Of a DNA stretch of 64,000 bases, positions 63,627 through 64,000 are shown in pieces. The notes under the pieces are model-generated. The model searched no databases. It was not told the origin of the DNA and saw only the letters and a program-made list of their open reading frames with translations. The position numbers were made by a program, and so were the translations under genes. This stretch comes from Candidatus Omnitrophota bacterium. GTDB lineage: Bacteria; Omnitrophota; Gorgyraeia; Zapsychrales; Zapsychraceae. The stretch lies in assembly GCA_029261065.1 (NCBI GenBank), contig JAJDCB010000026.1, positions 18,715-82,714 on the forward strand, read 5' to 3'. Within the stretch, counting starts at the first letter, position 1. Each line of letters starts with the position of its first letter.

Positions 63627-64000
63627 ATGCTCGAACATTATTTAAGTTTAGCTGTTAAAAGTATTTTCGTTGAAAATATTTTATTAGCTTATTTTCTTGG
63701 CATGTGTTCTTTTTTGGCGTGTTCAAAAAAGATTGAGACGGCCATTGGTCTTGGAATAGCCGTGACATTTGTTTTGATTGTAACTTGTCCAGCCAATTGG
63801 GCTATTAATACATTTCTTCTTAAAAGAGGAGCTTTGGCTTGGGCTGGGTTGCCTGAGGCTGACTTTAGCTTTTTAAGTTTTATCGCTTTTATTGCGGTTA
63901 TCGCGACGATGGTACAAATTGTCGAACTTGTTTTAGATCGTTATAGTCCAAAATTATATGCAGCTCTTGGAATTTTTCTTCCTCTTATCGCTGTAAACTG
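63627..64000 (+). CDS. nqrE: Na+-NQR subunit E (5' part, runs off the window end)
   Basis: ATG at 63627 preceded by [38 protein letters not shown]... matches the NqrE/RnfA N-terminus. Confidence 0.85.
   Translation, partial: MLEHYLSLAVKSIFVENILLAYFLGMCSFLACSKKIETAIGLGIAVTFVLIVTCPANWAINTFLLKRGALAWAGLPEADFSFLSFIAFIAVIATMVQIVELVLDRYSPKLYAALGIFLPLIAVN

Overview
This is an AT-rich bacterial chromosomal window spanning the replication-origin neighbourhood. Genes diverge around 25.4-25.9 kb: dnaA, dnaN, a DciA-like gene, gyrB, gyrA and tRNA-Glu run on the minus strand, while rpmH, yidD, yidC, a Jag_N-only gene, parS x2, parA and parB run on the plus strand. Downstream are housekeeping operons (ndk, yicC, gmk, rpoZ, coaC; tRNA-Cys/Leu/Val; thrS, infC, rpmI, rplT; trkAH; pheS/pheT; rarA; rny-ymdB; gltX; sucCD) and the start of the Na+-NQR operon (nqrA-E). 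The lineage cannot be named from sequence alone. The most unusual content is at the left end, on the minus strand: a Tad/Cpa-like pilus or secretion module. It comprises a parvulin PPIase, CpaB, a CpaC secretin with a C-terminal TonB_C-like domain, one polypeptide fusing a ParA/MinD-like (TadZ/CpaE-like) ATPase to a CpaF/TadA secretion ATPase, and a DUF192 protein. No flp pilin, tadB/C or prepilin peptidase lies nearby, and a truncated HTH protein is adjacent. Other notable regions are an Arn-like cluster for a modified sugar (two methyltransferases, a DegT aminotransferase, a GT2, a C-methyltransferase-like protein and a large GT-C-like membrane protein), a GH65 phosphorylase/beta-PGM/T6P-phosphatase trio, two dispersed hairpin-repeat families, a tRNA-Val 5' fragment duplication, and a parS pair. 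No CRISPR arrays or rRNA were found.
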